Positions 59,553-64,000 of a stretch of 64,000 nt of DNA are shown one piece after another. Under the pieces are notes generated by a model. It saw only the letters and a program-made list of their open reading frames with translations, searched no databases and was not told the origin of the DNA. The stretch is from Lophium mytilinum (lineage: Eukaryota). The stretch lies in assembly GCA_010093605.1 (NCBI GenBank), contig MU004204.1, forward strand, positions 142,959-206,958, given 5' to 3'. Within the stretch, counting starts at the first letter, position 1. Every line of letters begins with the position of its first letter. The position numbers and the translations under genes were made by a program.

Positions 59553-62500
59553 GGCGGCGGGTTTCTTGCACAGTTGTGCATGCTGTCGCGACGGAGAGGT
59601 AAAATAAGGCGAAAGGACCAACAGAGTCATGATTTGAGGCAGAGAATGAACCTAAGGCAGACCCCCGTCCCCGCCATCGGCTTGCCTTCACCGCGCTAGC
59701 CTTCCGCAGCGGCTTCCCCGCTGAACTGCAGTTCGGCATTCCTCATCTCGCTCAACCCGGGCGGCAAAGTTGTGATCACAAGGCATAAATGCGGTGTGCT
59801 TTTCGTGATGGTGGTGTATGGAAATGCAGGATGCGGAGGTGTAGTGGGAGGCCTAGGCTGAGGTTCCGCGAAGACCCTGACTGGCCAAGCTTTGCTATAC
59901 CAACCACGCATCCCGACTGATTTACAACCTAGGAACCTTTCCATTCACACTATAGAAAGTCGAGATGGCCCAGGGCGTCTTCATTGGTATCTTTCCTCCA
60001 ACACACACGCCTTTATACTCTGGTATTGATAGCACGCGAGAAAAGTGCAAAGATGCTAGTCACATGATCGAGGTCTGATTCACGAGCGTTGAAAACTTGG
60101 CATTCACTATCCACCAGGGAGTCTAGAGAGTCCAGGGGTATCTTCATCGGTACCTACATTGTCAAAACGCACACTAATAGCCCCTAGTCTTGAACTTGTG
60201 AGGAATAGGTGACCAAGGCCTCATTAACAACACGGGAACTTCAACCTTTATTCTCTAGAGGGTCGATATGGCCCAGGGATGTTTGATGTGGCTATTTGTA
60301 CCCAAAGGTACACATCTACCTGCCCAAAATCGGGATGCAAGAAGTCTTGCACGCTTAGGATATCGCATGTCTAAGGCCTCTTTTACCGTGTGCGAACCAT
60401 TACTTTCTTTTCAAAGAGAGTCAAGATGGCCTAGAGTTGTCTTCTACAGGGAGCTACACTGAAGAGCCGAACTTACAGATCAATTTTCCATTTGAGTAGT
60501 GACGAATAAGGCTCTGGACAGCATGGGGGTTATCATAAGTACGACTTATCCTAAGTGTCAGTTAGTCTCAAGCTTCACCTTAGCAACTACGAGGAGCAGC
60601 AAAGGAAGGTCTATTCCGGCCGCATTTAGGAAATACGCTAGACAGAAAGTCCGGCCGTAAAGAGACCTCAAGTCCTCCTTTCCCTTCACAGTAAGACGAA
60701 CCCACCCACACTTCATCCATACAAGACTGCCTCTATCATACCGTCCATCCCTCACATCGCCGCCACATTTCCTCTCTACCACACCCTCCTAATCATCCGT
60801 GTAGCCCTCCAGCTTCACACATCCGATAAGTTTGGTACAACCAGCACCGCATCTATCTTACGCAATCTCGGCCCTGGCCGCACGAGGTGACGCACAGCAC
60901 TCTGCATCTCTCAGCCACGAGCGGCCCAGATAGGCGATGGTGGTACAACGGGGGGTCTCGGAAGCCGGAGCTGATAATGGCCACGGCGGCTGTCACGGCA
61001 CGGCTGTGCGACCGCTGTCACTGTCTTCTATGACCGGCTCCCTGCAGCGGCCGATGGATGGATGTCACCAGAGCGTTCGTGTGTGCTGCTCACGTGCGAC
61101 TGTTCTGTTCGTGTGTTAGTGGTTGCACGTTCAGTCGTTGGCAAGTGTCGGCGGGTGTAGAACGATAGGGGACCGGGGGGGGCCCAGTGGCGGGTGTGAC
61201 GCTTCGAGTGTTGTTCGATGGGATGGGCGCAGAAGTGATGGAAACGGGTTCCTGCATGGCGTTGACGGTCACGGTGGCGTTGGAGCCACTGAGTGCGATC
61301 GGAGTAATGTGTGCCGCGGATGATGATATCGCATGCAGGTCTCAGAGGACATGGCGGAGGCGGCCTTTTAGGCTTGCTCGGGGAAGTCGTCAGCTTTGTG
61401 AGACATAGACTCGAGATTGACGAGCGGGCCCTTGCATGGCGGAGGAAGCGTGGGAAGAGGCCGAGTTGGAGAGAAGAGGATATCAATGGCGGTAGCGCTA
61501 GTCGTCTAGATTGCTCAACTGATTTTGCTAATATCGCGATAGTCATCCGGCCTCTCCCGTGCATTGAAGCCCGAATTGCTTCGGCGCCGAGTTTCTCTCC
61601 TCTCACAGCAACTCTGAACTACCCTCATTCCGTTTGCTTTGCAACTCCGGAGACCCCAAACGTACAACCGTCTCCACTCGTTTTCTACTCCAATGGGCAA
61701 CTATCGTCCGCGTCTAACCTTTGTCACTATTACAGTAGCAGAGCCAACCAACCGTGTCGCAGTCACCTCAAACCACGAACCTCTCATCTGGTAGCTGGAC
61801 CTAGAACCAGGTCCAAATACGATTCCTATTCTCCCATCGTTGTACAAAAAACCGTTAGCCCAACAACACACAAATCGAGCTTCTACCTACTAGCTAGCAT
61901 CTGACCTACCTACTCCAACCACATCTTGTGCCTTCTAGAGTGGCGAATACCAGAACGAGCGTGTTTGAAGAACTACCTCACGTGCAATACAGCACGACAA
62001 CGAAAAACCTCCAGCGCAATCACACCTATAAACGCAACCACAAAGCCCCGAAGAGCGCAGTCACACCCCCTAACTCACCTGTCCATCCACCCTTCCCCTC
62101 CGAAGTCAACTACAACCAAGGTATCATCCATCTAAAATGCCTCAATTTTCACCAAGTGTGTACAACACGGTCCAAAATCCGGCCTGGAGATGATGCACCA
62201 CCATCTCCTCAATCATCGAGGGTCGTGCCTTTGTCTTCAGCGTCACGTTCCAGGCTACATCAAAGGGTCTTCGAATCTTTGCCATGTATGAGAGTCTCAT
62301 AGTACAGTACCACGCCTCCTCTCCGTCTGACGTGAATTGTCCAAATGTTCGTTGTTCACCAGGCGAGACCTCGTGAATCGCAGTTGCCTTCGGCGCTAAG
62401 CCGCATCAAGCACGCTTGCCTTGTTGCAACGTCGTGGATGTTGAGTTTCGCGCTAAGCCGTAAAAAGGGATAAACGCTATACAGCTTTAGCATCTCGGGA

Positions 62501-63113
62501 CGCGGAGGATCGGTCGGCTCCACTTTTGATAAACTCCTAAAATGCCCTATTCGACCCCTTAAGGCAGTCAAGCTGAACAACTCCAAAATTTCTTCACGCT
62601 AGGCAGGGGATTTATTTCACGGTAGGTAGGAGATTTTTTGACGGTGAAAGGATTTTGCTTCACCCTTTTGGCATTATGTGGATATAGGCCGACTCATAGC
62701 AACAAATTGAAGCTTCAATATGTTCCTTACCTGATTCATCATGGGAAAGAACAAAGCAGCAAAACCTGACAAAAGCTCCCAGAAATTCCCCCCATGATAG
62801 TGACCAAGAGAACCTCTTTGATATCGTGCCCAAACTTATCCAGCTTGAACCCACCCACCCTAGGATCGCTTAGCCAAGCTATCCATATTCCAGAACTCCC
62901 ATCCCCGTTAAATACTGTACAAATACCGCCGTAGCCGTTGTTCCCGCCGTAGGCATGTCTCCTAGAGCGCCATTCCGTTTCCTTTCCATCCCACTCCGTG
63001 AAAGCAGAAAGCCGTTTCGTAATCGTCCATAAACTCCGAAGCCAGAGGCTCTCGTTGGGATGGCGCAGAATTTCGACAGGTGCCGAACCAATCTGACCCA
63101 ATCAGGTGCTCAT

Positions 63114-64000
63114 CTATGAAGCACGGTCCCGGTGACGCCTCCTGAGGCAGATGTCTCTGATCTCATGGCGCGAGGTGACGCCGTAGATGATGGCGTTCCC
63201 CAAGCCCTGCAGCGGTAGCACAATGGCGGCGGCAAGGTTCATGCCGTAGTTGGGCTCCTTGGGGTTGATCATGCCTTGAACGCGGTTAATGGTTGACGGG
63301 ATCTGTGCGATGAATTAATGCTGGCTCGAAAATGGTGGTCACGGGGAATGGACTTACCCAGACTACCAGTAGGACTAACCAGACAAGAGCTGCAGTCAAG
63401 AGATAGGTCCGAGCGTTCCTAGCCGCCTGCTCAGCGGGTGTTACGGCTTGGCCTCCAGAAATCACGATGTTGTGCATGGGCTGGACTTCTTCAATGATGT
63501 GTGTGTTATGCGCGCCATGTTGCTCAGCGGCGAATGATGTCAGAGGACTAGTGCTGTTGAACGACGAGAGGGTGGTCTCGTCAGCATGAGCACGCCTCTT
63601 CGTCTCCGTAGTAGTGACGTCGATGTTTGTAACGGCCTGAATCTCGCTGAAATCTTGCAAGTTGTTGTCAAATCCCAAGCCAAAGTTATAGAGTGGAACG
63701 GGATTCTCTATGTTGTGGAGGGCACGTGCATTCGTGCGGATGTACTTGACGAAGACAATGACGTAGAGCATGAACGTTCCCAAAATGATGGCGCTGGAGG
63801 GTGTGTTAGCTTTGGTATTTGGCGAGCTGCCTCATTGTGAGCTTACAGGACGGGTCCGTAGAAGAAAGCGAGCCGCATCCAATCGTACTCGCGGGTAACC
63901 CAGCACCAGATCTACCACCAATGTCAGCCAGTTGTCATAATGTCGGAGAGGCTCGTTGCTCACGGTCGCTGGCCCATATATCGGTGCCGTGGTTCTCGAA
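63114..64000 (-). CDS. G-protein-coupled receptor, cAMP-receptor-like/Git3-like (3' part)
   Basis: GIYGPAT, intron, WCWVTREYDWMRLAFFYGPV, ...LVVW, intron, IPSTINRV...VLPLQGLGNAIIY. Stop at 63114-63116; the 5' end is outside the window. Confidence 0.85.

Noticed and set aside
59600..63100. ORFs of 60-197 aa between the MFS and GPCR genes
   Set aside because: No domain motifs; they overlap on both strands, as expected of intergenic or UTR sequence.

Overview
Genomic DNA of a filamentous ascomycete fungus, judged from short GT-AG introns with CTRAC branch points and the gene content. Both flanks are ordinary gene-rich sequence. Left flank: 3' end of a gene, RTA1-like protein, amino-acid permease, a 115-bp tandem array and SLX4. 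Right flank: several hypothetical genes, M28 glutamate carboxypeptidase, alpha/beta hydrolase, PTH11-like membrane protein, CPD photolyase, MFS transporter and a partial GPCR. Between them (~12.9-36.6 kb) is a ~24-kb block with almost no intact genes. By manual translation it is a mosaic of broken, repeated and scrambled pieces of glutamate synthase (GLT1, introns retained) and glutamate 5-kinase (PRO1), a probable decayed DEAH-box helicase, a Zn2Cys6 remnant, at least seven local tandem duplications, a hairpin, and one apparently intact orphan gene. I found no transposase, recombinase or terminal repeats, so the mechanism that built this block is unresolved. Family assignments come from recalled motifs, not database searches.
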